From: a virus
Direction: 5' to 3' (one strand)
Length of the DNA stretch: 64,000 bases
IMG/VR virus record: IMGVR_UViG_3300045885_000299
Span: 4,798-68,797 of that record
Shown here: positions 47,920 through 57,517 of the stretch, piece by piece
Layout: every line of letters begins with the position of its first letter
Position numbering within the stretch: position 1 is the stretch's first letter
Made by a program: the position numbers and the translations under genes
The notes under the pieces: generated by a model
Databases searched by the model: none
Told to the model about the DNA's origin: nothing
What the model saw: only the letters and a program-made list of their open reading frames with translations

Positions 47920-49743
47920 CTAGGCCGCCCCATTCGGGCTGCGGGTGGGTGAGCCGCCGGCCAATGCGGCGCCCATCTGAGGACCTGTGCCCGGGTTCTG
48001 CAGCGTGTCGTTGCCGCCCTGCGCGCCGGCCTGGCTCGGGCCGATCGCCGCGGGCTGCTGCGGGCCAGAGCTTTCCTCGGCGTTCTGCATGTTGAAGGCG
48101 CCGGCGGCGACCATCATCTCGAACATGTCCGGGGCCCATTCGCGCAGCCGCTCGGCCACGTGCGCCTGGATCATCAGCGGGTGGTTGTCGCTGGTTTCCA
48201 AAATCAGCTCGCGCTCGGCATCAGTCACGCTGTCGATCAACTCGGGGACGAAGCCCCACGCGCGTTTGCGACTCAGGAACTTGGCCGCCACGAGCTGGGC
48301 GAGCATGAGTGCGCGTTGATAGACCTCCTGGCCGAACTGCGGGCCCAGGTTGACGTCCTTGCGGTAGTAGCCGCGAATGTCGCGCGGGCCAACGGTGATG
48401 AGCTGCAGATCGGATGCGGCGCCCTGGTCGCGCTTGGCGGCCGGCAGGCTGACGGGCTGGCGGTGGATGCGCTCGAGGATTTGCTCGGCGATGGTCAAGC
48501 ACTCGGTCAGTCCGCGGGCGAGCGCGCGCGAGGCGTTCAGCACCTTGCCGCGATCGACGCCCTGGACCATGTTCAGCGCCAGCGCCGAGCGGATGCCGGG
48601 CGGCATCTGACCGGCCGCGGCGCCGAGCGCGTTCTGGCGCGTGGCCAGCCGCAGCCGTTCCCATGCGTCTCCAACCGCGGGGAGCGGTCCTTCGCCGGCG
48701 AACGGCTCGACGGTTTCGCCGGGGTTCAGGTTGAAGCTGGTGCCTGGAACTTGCGAGAACTGGCGGCCGTCGAGGAAGCGCGTGAGCGTGACCGGCCAGG
48801 CCGCGCGGGACGTGATGGCCACGAACTGCGACGCCATGATCGACTCCAGCTCGTAGGCCTCTTTGCCGTTGGTGAGAAAACCGCGGTACTGGCGCGCCTT
48901 GTCGCCGGCCGCGGTCGGCAGCTGGCGGAACGCGAACTTGACGAATGGGATGCGGCCGTACTCGTTGGCCACGAAGCCGTCGTTGTCGGCGGACGGGTAG
49001 AACGGCTGCTCGTTGACGAAGGCGCACCGCCAGGAGTCGTTCCAGTATTGGGTGAAGGTGACGTACTGCGTCGGCGACATGCCCATCGTGATGCGCCGGA
49101 TGGCCGGGAAGATCGACGGCGGGAACCAGTATTCGAGATCGCTGACGGTGCGCTGGTAGTGCTGGAACAGGTGCAGCGGATGGCCGGTGTGCGACTCGAT
49201 GGCGAAGCACGTCCCGCGCTCCTGGAGCTCGAAGGTGAAGGGCACGTGCATGCGCCGCTGCAGGTCCCAGGCATCCACGCGCGCGCCGTAGCTGGCAGCG
49301 CTCTCGTTGCGGTCCGGCGTAGGCGGGCTCTGCAGGTGCTCCGGGAGCGGCTGGTAGCCGACGAACACCCAGCGCGCGCGGTGGACGAGCATGCCCCACA
49401 GCACCAGCTCGATCACGTCCATGTCCTCGCGCCACGAGCTCAGCAGCGCGCGACACCACTTGCTCCGCGCGTCCGCCAGCTTCTGCCATTCCTCGGTCGC
49501 TTTGGCGGCGGGCACGGTGACGCCGATGTACTGGTCCGGCTGGACGGCCTGGACGCCCTGGTCGACGTCGCCCGGCGCCGTACCCAGGCGCACGGTGCGG
49601 TAGCCCTCGGGCGCCGGGATCGAGAACTGCTGGAAATACAGGTCCTCTTCGGCTTGCGCGGCCGAGTCGAGCTGCGCCTCCTGCTGCCACTGCTCGTGCA
49701 GCCACTGGAGGACCTGGTTACGGGTCGGCTTGGGCGACGGCAC
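47920..49743 (-). CDS. Portal protein
   Basis: 607 aa downstream of TerL; NEYGRIPFV, PPGIRSALALN, FLSRKRAW motifs. Confidence 0.8.
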   Translation of the reverse strand: MPSPKPTRNQVLQWLHEQWQQEAQLDSAAQAEEDLYFQQFSIPAPEGYRTVRLGTAPGDVDQGVQAVQPDQYIGVTVPAAKATEEWQKLADARSKWCRALLSSWREDMDVIELVLWGMLVHRARWVFVGYQPLPEHLQSPPTPDRNESAASYGARVDAWDLQRRMHVPFTFELQERGTCFAIESHTGHPLHLFQHYQRTVSDLEYWFPPSIFPAIRRITMGMSPTQYVTFTQYWNDSWRCAFVNEQPFYPSADNDGFVANEYGRIPFVKFAFRQLPTAAGDKARQYRGFLTNGKEAYELESIMASQFVAITSRAAWPVTLTRFLDGRQFSQVPGTSFNLNPGETVEPFAGEGPLPAVGDAWERLRLATRQNALGAAAGQMPPGIRSALALNMVQGVDRGKVLNASRALARGLTECLTIAEQILERIHRQPVSLPAAKRDQGAASDLQLITVGPRDIRGYYRKDVNLGPQFGQEVYQRALMLAQLVAAKFLSRKRAWGFVPELIDSVTDAERELILETSDNHPLMIQAHVAERLREWAPDMFEMMVAAGAFNMQNAEESSGPQQPAAIGPSQAGAQGGNDTLQNPGTGPQMGAALAGGSPTRSPNGAA

Positions 49744-49893
49744 TTAGATCAGGCGGGCAACTGCGAGGGCGGCGATCAGCACGAGCGGGATTTTCGGATC
49801 GGGCACGCCGAAGATCAGGAGGATGGCGACCAGGACCAGGACGATGATGGCGAGTATCCAGCCAAGGGTGATGGGCTGAATGGTGAGGTTCAC
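49744..49893 (-). CDS. Small two-TM membrane protein (holin-like candidate)
   Basis: Translated by hand: MNLTIQPITLGWILAIIVLVLVAILLIFGVPDPKIPLVLIAALAVARLI; fills the KTSC-portal gap exactly. Confidence 0.7.
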   Translation of the reverse strand: MNLTIQPITLGWILAIIVLVLVAILLIFGVPDPKIPLVLIAALAVARLI

Positions 49894-50114
49894 GACACAC
49901 GCTCCCACGGATAGCGGTTCTTGATGAGCTGGCCGAAGGCCTGGCCGACGCTCGGGGCGGTGTGCAGCTGCTCGAAGATCTCGGCCGGCACGTCGTGGTA
50001 GCGATACACGCCACCCGTCGTGGAGAAGGTGACCTCGAGGTCGTTCGTCTCGTCGTCGTAGCGCAGCTGGCTAATCATGGTCGAGCCCTCGACGGGCACG
50101 GTGAGCTCGGGCAC
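49890..50114 (-). CDS. KTSC domain protein
   Basis: STMISQLRYD..LEVTF..YRYHDVP..L..APSVGQAF..IKNRY. Confidence 0.85.
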   Translation of the reverse strand: MPELTVPVEGSTMISQLRYDDETNDLEVTFSTTGGVYRYHDVPAEIFEQLHTAPSVGQAFGQLIKNRYPWERVS

Positions 50115-50117
50115 GGC

Positions 50118-50339
50118 TCAGCGTTTCGACTTCGATTTCGACTTCGATGCGCTCTTTGCCTTGGCCTTGGGGCGCGACGGTTTGGCGCGGTTGGCGGTCG
50201 GCGCGGCGCCACCAGGTGCCGCCGGCATGGGCATCGGTGCACCCATCCCACCGCCCATCGGGGCGCCCATCCCGCCCATCGGCATTTGCGGCGGACGACG
50301 GAGGCCGGCGCTCGGGCCGGGGACTGGCATACGTGGCAT
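50118..50339 (-). CDS. Small Met/Gly/Pro-rich protein with Lys/Ser tail
   Basis: MPRMPVPG..SKSKSKSKR. Confidence 0.55.
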   Translation of the reverse strand: MPRMPVPGPSAGLRRPPQMPMGGMGAPMGGGMGAPMPMPAAPGGAAPTANRAKPSRPKAKAKSASKSKSKSKR

Positions 50340-50413
50340 GGCCGGAGCGTGGCCCCCCGAGCGCCACGGGCCAACGCCGCTGCCCCAACACCCGTAGCCA
50401 CAGCAGGGCGGAC

Positions 50414-50462
50414 AGGCGCAACGCTGGCCGTGGCCGTGCAAGCACAGCCAGGCGTTGCGCCT
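50414..50462 (-). terminator. Stem-loop directly after the terminase gene
   Basis: AGGCGCAACGC/GCGTTGCGCCT stem extended by TGGC/GCCA; no U-tract. Confidence 0.45.
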
Positions 50463-52399
50463 CACGCGCTGCGCAGGTAGCTGCGCGGGCTGTGACTGCG
50501 CCGCGCGGCGCGCATGCGCAGGTCCTCGAGCCAGTTGCGGCCGAGCGGCAGATTGCTGTCCGGCGGCGGCCCGAAGTCGCGCAGGTAGCTGGTGGTGCGC
50601 CCGGGCTGGACCAGGTGCCGAAAATAGATGTGCGCCAGATAGCGCAGGCAATCGGCCAGGTGGTTGTAACGATCGCGCGGCTTTTCCGAGAGCGGCTGAT
50701 CGTCGCGGCGCGGCTTGCGCCAGCGGTAGAACTTGGCCTCCATGCGCATGTTCGCGCACGACGGATCGCAGAAGTAGTGCGAGGCCTGCTGCATGCGCTC
50801 GACGTCGCGCTCGGTCGCGGCGTTATCGGCCAACCGCTCTTCGAGCTCGATCGTCGCGTTCAAGCGCTGCTCGCCGTCCAACTTGGGCAGGTCCTCGAGC
50901 CAGAAGCCCATGTCGGCCAGGACCAGCGCCAGCTTTTCCTGCTGGTACTGGTGCCACAGCTGCGGGTCGCGCAAGAGCGCACCGACCACCGGCAGCGACT
51001 CCGCGACGTCGGGCTTGCCCACTTTCTGATGGCCAGGGTGCGCCGGGTCGTCAACCATGATCGGCTGCGACGGCCAGCCGGCGGCACGCCAGTTGTCGAC
51101 CTCCATGTACCACGAGCCCTGGTCGACCCACAGCACCTGGACGTTTCGGCGCCACGGCCGCTCGTCCAGCGCCGCGGCGACCTGACCAGCCGTCACCCCG
51201 CGCTGGTAATACTCGTCGATCTGATGCGCGCGATCGCGCCACACCTGGTACACGCCGACCGCGTATTCGTTGATGCCGCCGGACGGGTCGGCCACACACA
51301 CGATCGGGTGGGTGTCGTCGTACAGGACGGGGCGGACGTGGACGCGCTCCTTGAACTGGTGCAGCACGCGGTGCAGCTCGCCGCTCGGTCGGGCGCCGTA
51401 AATGGCGGCCACTTCGGCGGCCGTCGACTCCTTTTCGGCGTCCCGGATGGCTTGTGAGCGGCGACCGAGCGGAAACTTGAAGAAGTTTTCCCAGGTCGCG
51501 CCCTGAAAGCCCTCCCACGGCGATTCGGCGTCCTGTTCGTGCATGGCCTGGTAGCAGCGCTGCCAGAACCAGGTCTCGTCATCCTGCGCCGAGCTGATGA
51601 TTAAGGCCTTGCCTTCTTTGTCGGCCAGCGTCGGCAGCACCAGCCGCCGGAACTGGTCGCCGGACAGGTACTCCGATTCGTCCATGACCACCAGGTCGAT
51701 CGACGTGCCGGCCGCGGTGCGGTCGTCCTCGAGCGAGATGCCTTCGATGCGCGAGCCGTTGTGCAGGACGATCAGCTTCTCCTGCTCGATGTTTCTCCAT
51801 GTGCTGGCTTCCGCTCGCTGGCCCAGGTCCTCGAGCAGCTGGCAGACCATGTCAAAGACGCGGCCGACGCTCTTGTTGATCGGCGCCGCGACCCATATCC
51901 ACGAGCGCGGCCGTGCCAGCGCGAGTGAGACTGCTTCGCGCGCGGCATGAAACGACTTGCCGCCGCGGCGACCCCAGGCGACGATGCGAAAGCGAGCCTC
52001 GCTGCGCGCGACAGCCTGCTGCCAGGTCCAGCGCCCGGGTATGCCGTCGAGCGCCCACTGCTCGGTCTCGGCCTGGTAGGCGCGATAGGCGGCCTCGCGC
52101 TTGTGGCCATTGGTCATATGACCTAGGTCATCCAGGTGCGCGCGCACCTCGAGCTGCATGTCGGCGTCGGCCGGCATGTAGATGCCGCCGGGGATGTAGC
52201 CGACGCGCTTGAAGGACTCGAGCCGATCGGCGGCATGGAAGGGCTTGTAGGTCTGCGAGCGGGCCTCGGCGCGCAGCACCAGGGCCTGCACCGGGTTGGC
52301 CTTCTTGGACTCGGTCAGCCGGCGCGCGTTGACCTGGCCGTGGTGGCGCCCCAGCTCGTTGAGAAAATCCTTGACGTCGGGCGCGCGTGGCGGGCTCAG
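50462..52399 (-). CDS. terL: Terminase large subunit (start uncertain)
   Basis: Walker A VAWGRRGGKS, Walker B VVMDE, IISSA, nuclease VADPSG and HLADCLRY. Confidence 0.92.
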   Translation of the reverse strand: MSPPRAPDVKDFLNELGRHHGQVNARRLTESKKANPVQALVLRAEARSQTYKPFHAADRLESFKRVGYIPGGIYMPADADMQLEVRAHLDDLGHMTNGHKREAAYRAYQAETEQWALDGIPGRWTWQQAVARSEARFRIVAWGRRGGKSFHAAREAVSLALARPRSWIWVAAPINKSVGRVFDMVCQLLEDLGQRAEASTWRNIEQEKLIVLHNGSRIEGISLEDDRTAAGTSIDLVVMDESEYLSGDQFRRLVLPTLADKEGKALIISSAQDDETWFWQRCYQAMHEQDAESPWEGFQGATWENFFKFPLGRRSQAIRDAEKESTAAEVAAIYGARPSGELHRVLHQFKERVHVRPVLYDDTHPIVCVADPSGGINEYAVGVYQVWRDRAHQIDEYYQRGVTAGQVAAALDERPWRRNVQVLWVDQGSWYMEVDNWRAAGWPSQPIMVDDPAHPGHQKVGKPDVAESLPVVGALLRDPQLWHQYQQEKLALVLADMGFWLEDLPKLDGEQRLNATIELEERLADNAATERDVERMQQASHYFCDPSCANMRMEAKFYRWRKPRRDDQPLSEKPRDRYNHLADCLRYLAHIYFRHLVQPGRTTSYLRDFGPPPDSNLPLGRNWLEDLRMRAARRSHSPRSYLRSA

Positions 52400-52590
52400 A
52401 CCAGGACCTCGTCTAGCAGCCAGCCGCATTCGCGGCAATGTGTCCACGGCCGCTTCGGGTCGTCGTCCACCATGCGCCAGCAGCGCGCGCAAATGCGGCG
52501 TGAGCGCGCGGCACGGCTGGTCGCGTCCAGCTGGCGATCGCTGTTGTAGCGCCGATCGCGCGCCAGGACGGCGCGTTTCAGAGAATCCAC
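52396..52590 (-). CDS. Small zinc-finger protein
   Basis: CARC..CREC; fills the TerS-TerL gap. Confidence 0.6.
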   Translation of the reverse strand: MDSLKRAVLARDRRYNSDRQLDATSRAARSRRICARCWRMVDDDPKRPWTHCRECGWLLDEVLV

Positions 52591-53183
52591 TACGACTTGC
52601 CCATGACCCGATCGCGCACGGCGAGCACGATGGTCCGAAACAGGTCCGGGTCGTCGGTCAGGTAGGCCTCGACAATCAACAGCGTCTCGCGCACGGCGGC
52701 GTTGACCTCGTTGCGCACGACCTCGCTCTTGCGTGATTCCGTGTAGCGCTGGCCCTGGTCCAGCAACTTTCTGAGCAGGTCGAGGGCCTTGGTGTAGTGC
52801 GGTGTGTCGACGGACATGCCCTGCTGCTCGGCGCGGCGGATGTTGACCCAGGTGCCGGCGACCATCTGGCACAGCAACCTGTACTGCGGCCCGTAGGCGC
52901 CGTAGTGGTCCAGCAGCTCGTCGCGCACCTGCTGGAAGTACGGCCCCCACTCGCCCTTGAACATGGGCTCCTTGACGGCGTACCAGCGCGAGTAGTTGGC
53001 CGCGGCGCGGCCGCGCTTGCCGGCCGCCATCGCCTCTTCGCGCGACTTCCAGGCGCCGCCGGGGCTTTTGAGCGGGGGGCCGCTGGGTTTGGGCATGTCG
53101 GGGTGGAGCTCTCTCAGTGTTGGGCGTGGCGGGCCCGGTGGGCGGCCGGTTGGGCGGCCAGTTCGTGGTGTCACCACGGACAC
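52590..53183 (-). CDS. Putative terminase small subunit
   Basis: Upstream of TerL; basic TGRPTGRP N-terminus, helical C-terminus. Confidence 0.55.
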   Translation of the reverse strand: MSVVTPRTGRPTGRPPGPPRPTLRELHPDMPKPSGPPLKSPGGAWKSREEAMAAGKRGRAAANYSRWYAVKEPMFKGEWGPYFQQVRDELLDHYGAYGPQYRLLCQMVAGTWVNIRRAEQQGMSVDTPHYTKALDLLRKLLDQGQRYTESRKSEVVRNEVNAAVRETLLIVEAYLTDDPDLFRTIVLAVRDRVMGKS

Positions 53184-53196
53184 GAGCGTGACGGCT

Positions 53197-54150
53197 TCAC
53201 GTTGCCGCCGACAACGCGGCTGCCTGCCTGCCGTTCATGGGGATGACGAACTCCGATTTGCGCTCGGAGATGAGCGTATCGAGGACCTGCAGGCAATACG
53301 GCCAGCCCTTCATCTTGCCGTAGCGGTCGCGCTCGCGGATGGTGCCGGTCATCTGGCGTGCCTTGGTTTCGTCCACGGCTTGTTCGAGCACCAGCAGGAA
53401 GTCGTTGCGGTCGTAGCCACTGTTGATCCAGACGTGGGTCAAGGCGAGCATGGTGCGCTCGGGGTTGTTGTCGTGGAAGCCGTATTCGCGGGCTGCGACG
53501 TAGCTGCGTAAGGCCGGGTCGATCTCGACGCCGTTCTCGGGGCGCCCTTTCGGATTGCTTTTGCGGATCGGATTCCGACCTATGGGTCCACCGGGCGGCC
53601 GCAGCCGCTCCGTTGTGCCGTTTGTGTGCACAGGCTGTGGATAACTTTCGATCGGGCTGCCTCCCGGGAATCCCGGTGGGTCCGGTTCTAGTTCAAGTTC
53701 TAGTTCTAGGTTCCGGTTCGAGGTTCCGGTTTCCGGCTCCCGGTTCCCGGTTAAGTGGAAATCTAGATCGTGCTCGACATTTTCTAGATCGTGTCCGACA
53801 TTTTCTAGATCGTGCTGGGCCTCGAAGCCAGGCGGCGGCGGGATGACGGACGCGATCTCCTTGGCGTTCGGCGTCTGATGCTTGCCGAATGTCACGACCT
53901 GGATGTAGCGCTGCTCGCAGGCCGCGTAGCGCACGATGAAGCCGCGGTTGCCGAGCTGGTCGAGCAGGCCGTTGGCGTCGACGTCGTCGTAGGGCAGCAC
54001 GGCCACCTTGATGCGCTTGGGCCGATCCTCGAGGCGGCCCTCGCGGTCAGCCAGGCACCACAGGCCCTGGAACAGCAGGCGTGCCAGCGGCTCCAGCTCG
54101 GCCAGGTCCTCGTTGGCAAAGAAGCCGGGCTTGAGCGAGCGGGTTCTCAT
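53197..54150 (-). CDS. Phage replication initiator / replisome organiser
   Basis: MRTRSLKPGFFANEDL..RLLFQGLWCLADREGRLEDRP..F.KHQ; internal iterons. Confidence 0.85.
   Translation of the reverse strand: MRTRSLKPGFFANEDLAELEPLARLLFQGLWCLADREGRLEDRPKRIKVAVLPYDDVDANGLLDQLGNRGFIVRYAACEQRYIQVVTFGKHQTPNAKEIASVIPPPPGFEAQHDLENVGHDLENVEHDLDFHLTGNREPETGTSNRNLELELELEPDPPGFPGGSPIESYPQPVHTNGTTERLRPPGGPIGRNPIRKSNPKGRPENGVEIDPALRSYVAAREYGFHDNNPERTMLALTHVWINSGYDRNDFLLVLEQAVDETKARQMTGTIRERDRYGKMKGWPYCLQVLDTLISERKSEFVIPMNGRQAAALSAAT
53625..53815. other. Putative replication origin: 3 x 21-bp iterons, hexamer repeats and a DnaA box
   Basis: TCTAGATCGTG at 53762, 53783, 53804; GTTC(T/A)A x4 at 53685-53708; TGTGGATAA at 53636-53644. 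Confidence 0.75.
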
Positions 54151-54450
54151 GGCCGCGGTCCCACGAACTGCGCCCAAAACGTGACGCGATGGACATAGCG
54201 GCAGCCAGGGTGGACCGGGTAGGATTCCATCCATCCTCCGACGCCTGTGTCCCGCTCTTTGGCGGATAGGGACGCAGGCGTTGTGTGTTTAATCGGCCGA
54301 ACGGCCGTCCGCGCCATCCTACCCTCGAACAGCCGTTCACGCCCGCTGGCGCCGGCATCTGTGCCGAGACTGTGTTGCGTTTGCACGTGGGCAGCTCCCC
54401 TCCTTGGCGAAGCCGCCCGATTACTCCCGAGCCTGGGTGCTGCGCCGGTT

Positions 54451-55320
54451 TTAGATTGCGAGCGCGAGTGCGGAGCTCTGCGTTGGACGCACGTGCAGGT
54501 AACGTCCGGTGGTGTCCAGGCGTGCGTGACCGAGCGTGGCCTGGACGACGTGGATCGGCACGCCTGCTTCCAGGGCGTGCGTCGCATGCGAATGGCGCAG
54601 CCAGTGCGGGCTGGCGTCGACGCCGAGTCGGGCCGCGGCGGCCGTCACGATACGGCGCACCTGGCGTGCGGAGAGCGGCCCATGTTTGCGCGAAAAAAAC
54701 ACCGCCTCTGCCGCGCTGCGGTCGCATCCAAGGGCAGCGATGTGTGCGCTGCGCTCGCCTCTGAGGGCAGCGATGTGGGGCCACAGCTCGGCTGGGAGCA
54801 GCACCACGCGCTGGCGTGAGCCCTTGCCGTGCAGCAGGACCTGGAAGCGGCCGCCGTCGCGTGCCGAAATGTCCTGCCAGCGCACCGCGCACACCTCGGC
54901 CAGACGGGCGCCGGTGGCGTACAGAAAACGCAGCAGGGTGCGGTTACGGGCATTGGGCTCGTGGTCGACCATCGCGCGGTAGGTGGTTTCCTCGAGGAAG
55001 CGGAAGCTGAGGTTGTCGTCGGCTGGTTTACGCCACGCGGCGCCGACATTGAAGGGCAAATATCCCAGGCGCACGCCGAAGCCGAGCAGCGATTTGATGC
55101 TGGCCACGATGCGGCGGCGGGTGGCCGGCGCCAGGTGCTCGAGCGCGTCATCGAAGGCGTACAGGTCGTCCAGGCGCAGTGCGCCGAGCGGCAGCGAGCA
55201 GTGCTGCTGCAGGCGGGCCAGGTCGCTGCGGTAGGCGCGCACGGTATGTGCCGGGCGGCCGTGCAGCCACAGCTCGATCAGGCGCTCGTCAGTGCTCGCG
55301 CGGGCAAGAGTGGGAAGCAT
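54451..55320 (-). CDS. Tyrosine recombinase / integrase
   Basis: LYATGARLAE (R), HGKG (K), HWLRH (HxxR), LGH..TTGRY (H, Y). Confidence 0.93.
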   Translation of the reverse strand: MLPTLARASTDERLIELWLHGRPAHTVRAYRSDLARLQQHCSLPLGALRLDDLYAFDDALEHLAPATRRRIVASIKSLLGFGVRLGYLPFNVGAAWRKPADDNLSFRFLEETTYRAMVDHEPNARNRTLLRFLYATGARLAEVCAVRWQDISARDGGRFQVLLHGKGSRQRVVLLPAELWPHIAALRGERSAHIAALGCDRSAAEAVFFSRKHGPLSARQVRRIVTAAAARLGVDASPHWLRHSHATHALEAGVPIHVVQATLGHARLDTTGRYLHVRPTQSSALALAI

Positions 55321-55377
55321 TCGGATGGGTCTCCCTGGATGAACCGCCAGCAACGGGGGTCTACGACGTCCAGAACG

Positions 55378-55401
55378 TTGCGAACGGTATTGCAAATGCC
55401 A
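55378..55401. promoter_or_regulatory. Tandem operator-like boxes upstream of the integrase
   Basis: TTGCGAACGGTA TTGCAAATGCCA. Confidence 0.45.
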
Positions 55402-55476
55402 GCCCACGAACTGAGTAGTTGACTTCCCCCGTAGGCTGGCTCGTCAAGGGGGTAGGTCTGCGCAGTAAACGGTTGT

Positions 55477-55875
55477 TTAGGCAGTCCTCCCTCGGGCGCG
55501 CCAGTCGCGCTTGCGATCGCGCTCGGCGGCGCGTATGCAGTCGGGTTGGCCGCACACCGCACGCCGGCCGCGGGCGTGGCCGCGACCGCCGAGCAGGGGC
55601 AGTTCGGTGGCGCAATACGAGCAGCGCGTCAGCTCGGCGGAATAGATGCCGATGGTCACCACCTGGTCTCTGAAACGCGCCAGGAGCTGGCCCAGCGAGT
55701 AGCCCTTGGCCGGCACGACGTCGAGCGACGGCTCGCCGCGGGCATGCGCGCGCACGCGCCCGGTGACCTCAAACAGCGAGCCCACGACGAAACCCAGGAC
55801 GTCCGCGTCCATAAATTCCTGCATGCCCGACTTCACCCCCTGCCATTGTCGGACACTCTGCGGGACACTGTCCAT
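55477..55875 (-). CDS. Hypothetical protein with C-terminal Zn finger
   Basis: CSYC..CGQPDC..RDRKRDWR. Confidence 0.6.
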   Translation of the reverse strand: MDSVPQSVRQWQGVKSGMQEFMDADVLGFVVGSLFEVTGRVRAHARGEPSLDVVPAKGYSLGQLLARFRDQVVTIGIYSAELTRCSYCATELPLLGGRGHARGRRAVCGQPDCIRAAERDRKRDWRARGRTA

Positions 55876-55980
55876 GAATGTCCCGCATGGTTATCGGCGC
55901 AGCCACCACAGCCAGCGTGCCCACCAGGTGTGGCCAGCGCACAGCCACACGCCGCGGCCCGTTGGATATAGACAGGTCCA

Positions 55981-56051
55981 TTGCGTTCGGTGTTGCATGT
56001 GCAGTCCCACCGGGCCGTGTGCTTGCCGGCCCGCGCGGACCTGACTATACC
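55981..56051 (+). promoter_or_regulatory. Operator pair plus promoter TTGCCG-N17-TATACC
   Basis: Boxes at 55981 and 55993; -35 at 56023, -10 at 56046. Confidence 0.5.
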
Positions 56052-56063
56052 GGGGCTCCAGGC

Positions 56064-56429
56064 ATGCCAAAGGCGACACAAGAACCAGCTGGCGAGTGGA
56101 TGCAGGTGACCGTCGAGAAGGCCAATCGGACGGGCATCTGTGTCGATGATGAGTGGCTCGACTACAGCCGCTTTTACAAGGGCCCCAAGGACCTCAGCGA
56201 AGGCTGGACGGGCCGCATTCGGGTGGATGGCAGGTGGATCATGGAGATCGAGGGCGCGGTGGTGCGCAGCTCTGCCAATGGCCGCGTGTACCCGGCTGCG
56301 CCGGCGATCGACCAGGAGCGGCTGCTGGCCGGCATTTCGCTGCTGTGCGCGGTGATCTTCTGTGGCAAGGGCGCCGGCGACGGCGACCTGGAGAGCGCGG
56401 CGACCAAGTTCCGCGAATGGATCGGCTGA
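56064..56429 (+). CDS. Hypothetical protein
   Basis: ATG just downstream of the promoter; globular composition. Confidence 0.65.
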   Translation: MPKATQEPAGEWMQVTVEKANRTGICVDDEWLDYSRFYKGPKDLSEGWTGRIRVDGRWIMEIEGAVVRSSANGRVYPAAPAIDQERLLAGISLLCAVIFCGKGAGDGDLESAATKFREWIG

Positions 56430-56632
56430 ATGGCTCGGCGAGCGGAGCATCGGCGCCGACCATCCTGGCCTACAAGCTGATCGAACTCGAGTCCGCGGCC
56501 AGGGCGGCTGAGGCTGCCGATAACCACCTGCGCGCCGGCCAGCTGTGGTATCAGCGCGAAGAGCTGCGCCACCAGCGCTCGCTGCTTCTGCGCGCGATCT
56601 GGCGCAGCGGCTCAATCACCCGCTCAGGGTGA
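56417..56632 (+). CDS. Small helical hypothetical protein
   Basis: ILAYKLIELESAARAAEAAD..; coupled to the upstream gene. Confidence 0.5.
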   Translation: MDRLNGSASGASAPTILAYKLIELESAARAAEAADNHLRAGQLWYQREELRHQRSLLLRAIWRSGSITRSG

Positions 56633-56842
56633 TGCGCGATAGCGGATCGGCTGGCGCGTTGGCGCTGGCTGCTTCTTTTTTTTGCTTGTTCTTTTTTCTT
56701 GAGATCGCAGGGCGCGGTTACGGGTCGCCTGATCGCCCCAGCCGCGCGGCGCGCCGCGCACCGGAATCTCGAGCCAGCGCCGATCGAAGGGGTCCCACAC
56801 CGCCAGCCAGCCGCGCTCGGCGGCCCAGCGCACCAGGACCAT
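56624..56842 (-). CDS. Small hypothetical protein
   Basis: MVLVRWAAERGWLAVWDPFDRRWLEIP. Confidence 0.55.
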   Translation of the reverse strand: MVLVRWAAERGWLAVWDPFDRRWLEIPVRGAPRGWGDQATRNRALRSQEKRTSKKKKQPAPTRQPIRYRASP

Positions 56843-56847
56843 GCGCC

Positions 56848-57108
56848 CTAACTACACGGCCGCCACAGAAACAGCGGCGTGTGCTCGCCCATCCACGCCC
56901 CGGTCACGTTGAAGCTGAAGTATTCCTCGGCCTCTTCGCGGCTCAGGCCGTCGCGCTCGACCAGGATATCCAGGCACTTGGCGGCGTCGTAGACGACCAG
57001 GTGCGGCTGCGAGCAGCGCTCGGCCAGGCCCAGGATGGCGTCCTCGAAGCCATCGGCCAGCAGCGCCTCCGGGTTGACTTCACCGATCCACTCGAGCAGC
57101 GCACTCAT
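56848..57108 (-). CDS. Conserved hypothetical phage protein
   Basis: ADGFEDAILG..VVYD..EEAEEYFSFNV.GAWMGEHTP. Confidence 0.8.
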   Translation of the reverse strand: MSALLEWIGEVNPEALLADGFEDAILGLAERCSQPHLVVYDAAKCLDILVERDGLSREEAEEYFSFNVTGAWMGEHTPLFLWRPCS

Positions 57109-57320
57109 CGCTCGAAGGAGTGCACGAACCACACGGTGCCGCGGCGCGGGTCGGCCTGCTCGAGCAGGCTGCCGAGATGGCTAGCGCAGGCGAAGATGAG
57201 CGTGCTCGGCGCGACGGCGGCCCAATCGGCCAGGTCCTGGCACGGCTCGTGGGCGCACGGCGGGCGCGGACCCTTGAGGATGCGGTCGAGGCTGCCGAAG
57301 TCGACCTGGCCCCTGCTCAC
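57105..57320 (-). CDS. Small Zn-binding protein
   Basis: CAHEPC..ACASH; coupled. Confidence 0.6.
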   Translation of the reverse strand: MSRGQVDFGSLDRILKGPRPPCAHEPCQDLADWAAVAPSTLIFACASHLGSLLEQADPRRGTVWFVHSFER

Positions 57321-57517
57321 AGGATGGGCCCCGGCCGGCCATCGGCTTCGACGTCCTGGCGGTACTGGTTGATGATGGCGCGGTCGTAGCTGGCCCAGGC
57401 CCGATCGAGCTCGGTGGCCAACGCTTCGCTGACACTGATGCGCTGATCCAGGTGCATGGCGTGGAAGGCCTCGACCAGCCGCTTACGGGCGTCCAGGACG
57501 CGCTGCGTCTCGGTCAT
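57317..57517 (-). CDS. Small helical hypothetical protein
   Basis: ATGA/GTGA coupled. Confidence 0.6.
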   Translation of the reverse strand: MTETQRVLDARKRLVEAFHAMHLDQRISVSEALATELDRAWASYDRAIINQYRQDVEADGRPGPIL

